This document shows, in pieces, positions 33,786 through 34,501 of a DNA stretch of 34,501 nucleotides (position 1 is the first letter of the stretch; every line of letters starts with the position of its first letter). A program made the translations under genes and the position numbers. Under the pieces are notes generated by a model, which did not search any database, had not been told where the DNA came from, and was given only the letters and a program-made list of their open reading frames with translations. Location of the stretch: contig NC_068988.1 in the NCBI RefSeq assembly GCF_001194135.2, positions 48,686,557 through 48,721,057 of the forward strand, read 5' to 3'. The stretch is from Octopus bimaculoides. Lineage: Eukaryota.

Positions 33786-34269
33786 GTACGATTTCTCAAT
33801 ACGTTATACAATTTTGGAAAAGTAGATTGAATGCTACAAATTTGGATTCCTACTACTGATTCAAAATGTATAATGCATAAAATAAAATCTTTTTCTATAA
33901 ATATATTTTTAAGGTTTGTATATCGTTGAAAAGACAGAAGGTGCAGTTGACTTCCCGATAAAGATCACCTTATACTTCACTGCTACTCGAAAGCAATTGA
34001 ATCCAGATTGTACCTAATTGACAGATGCGCAGTTCGGAGTTTTCCGCAGTTTACAATGTCACGCACACATGTCACTTCCGACACAATTTTACCTCGGCTG
34101 CTCTGAAATATAAAGAATCAGTGAATAAACGATATACTGGTGTGATGTAATTTTAAAGAGTTCTTTTCTGAAATAGCTCTTCACGCGTTGTTTTCTAAAA
34201 TAAGTTAGTAAATAAAAGAGTAACCTAAACTTCAAACTGAAAATTAGAGACAATATAAGGTGAATTGAG

Positions 34270-34466
34270 AAATTATGATGAGAGTGTGCATTTGTACAAA
34301 TGTATATCTTTTGTATATGTGTATCTATATGTATGTGTGTGCATGAACACACATGAATACTACGGACATACATTTGTGCATGTGTCTAGGTGTGTCTATG
34401 CGTATGTATATTGTGCGCACCCATACAATATGCTTATATATGAGCATATATAAGACTACATAAATA

Positions 34467-34501
<35 letters not shown>
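34270..34501. repeat. degenerate GT/TA-rich tract ending in (TA)n
   Basis: Direct reading. Confidence 0.8.

Noticed and set aside
34093-34102. 10-nt minus-strand micro-exon signal (tttcag|AGCAGCCGAG|gtaaaa)
   Set aside because: Too short to distinguish from chance without reads.

Overview
AT-rich, repeat-dense eukaryotic DNA that reads as intronic or intergenic. It has five N gaps and no recognisable complete host gene, rRNA, tRNA gene or CRISPR array. The tRNA-derived SINE families resemble those I know from Octopus (coleoid cephalopod) genomes; that taxonomic call is from memory, not a search. Well supported: several copies of two tRNA-headed SINE families; several pieces of an R4/Dong-clade non-LTR retrotransposon (a decayed RT-bearing body at ~23.0-24.85 kb, a restriction-like endonuclease fragment at ~10.4-10.7 kb, and probable 3' ends abutting (TAA)n tracts); an RTE-type LINE 3' end; a ~195-bp mariner-derived miniature element; a canonical Helitron-type 3' terminus; and many microsatellites. 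The most coherent pattern is that every Dong-like piece abuts a (TAA)n tract in the same relative orientation. One sits in the (ATT)n tail of a SINE, and three are stacked at 22.3-24.9 kb. Weak candidate exons exist on both strands, plus one unexplained 168-aa ORF. None can be assigned to a known gene, and such pseudo-exons are common in AT-rich DNA. I found no convincing new biological system.
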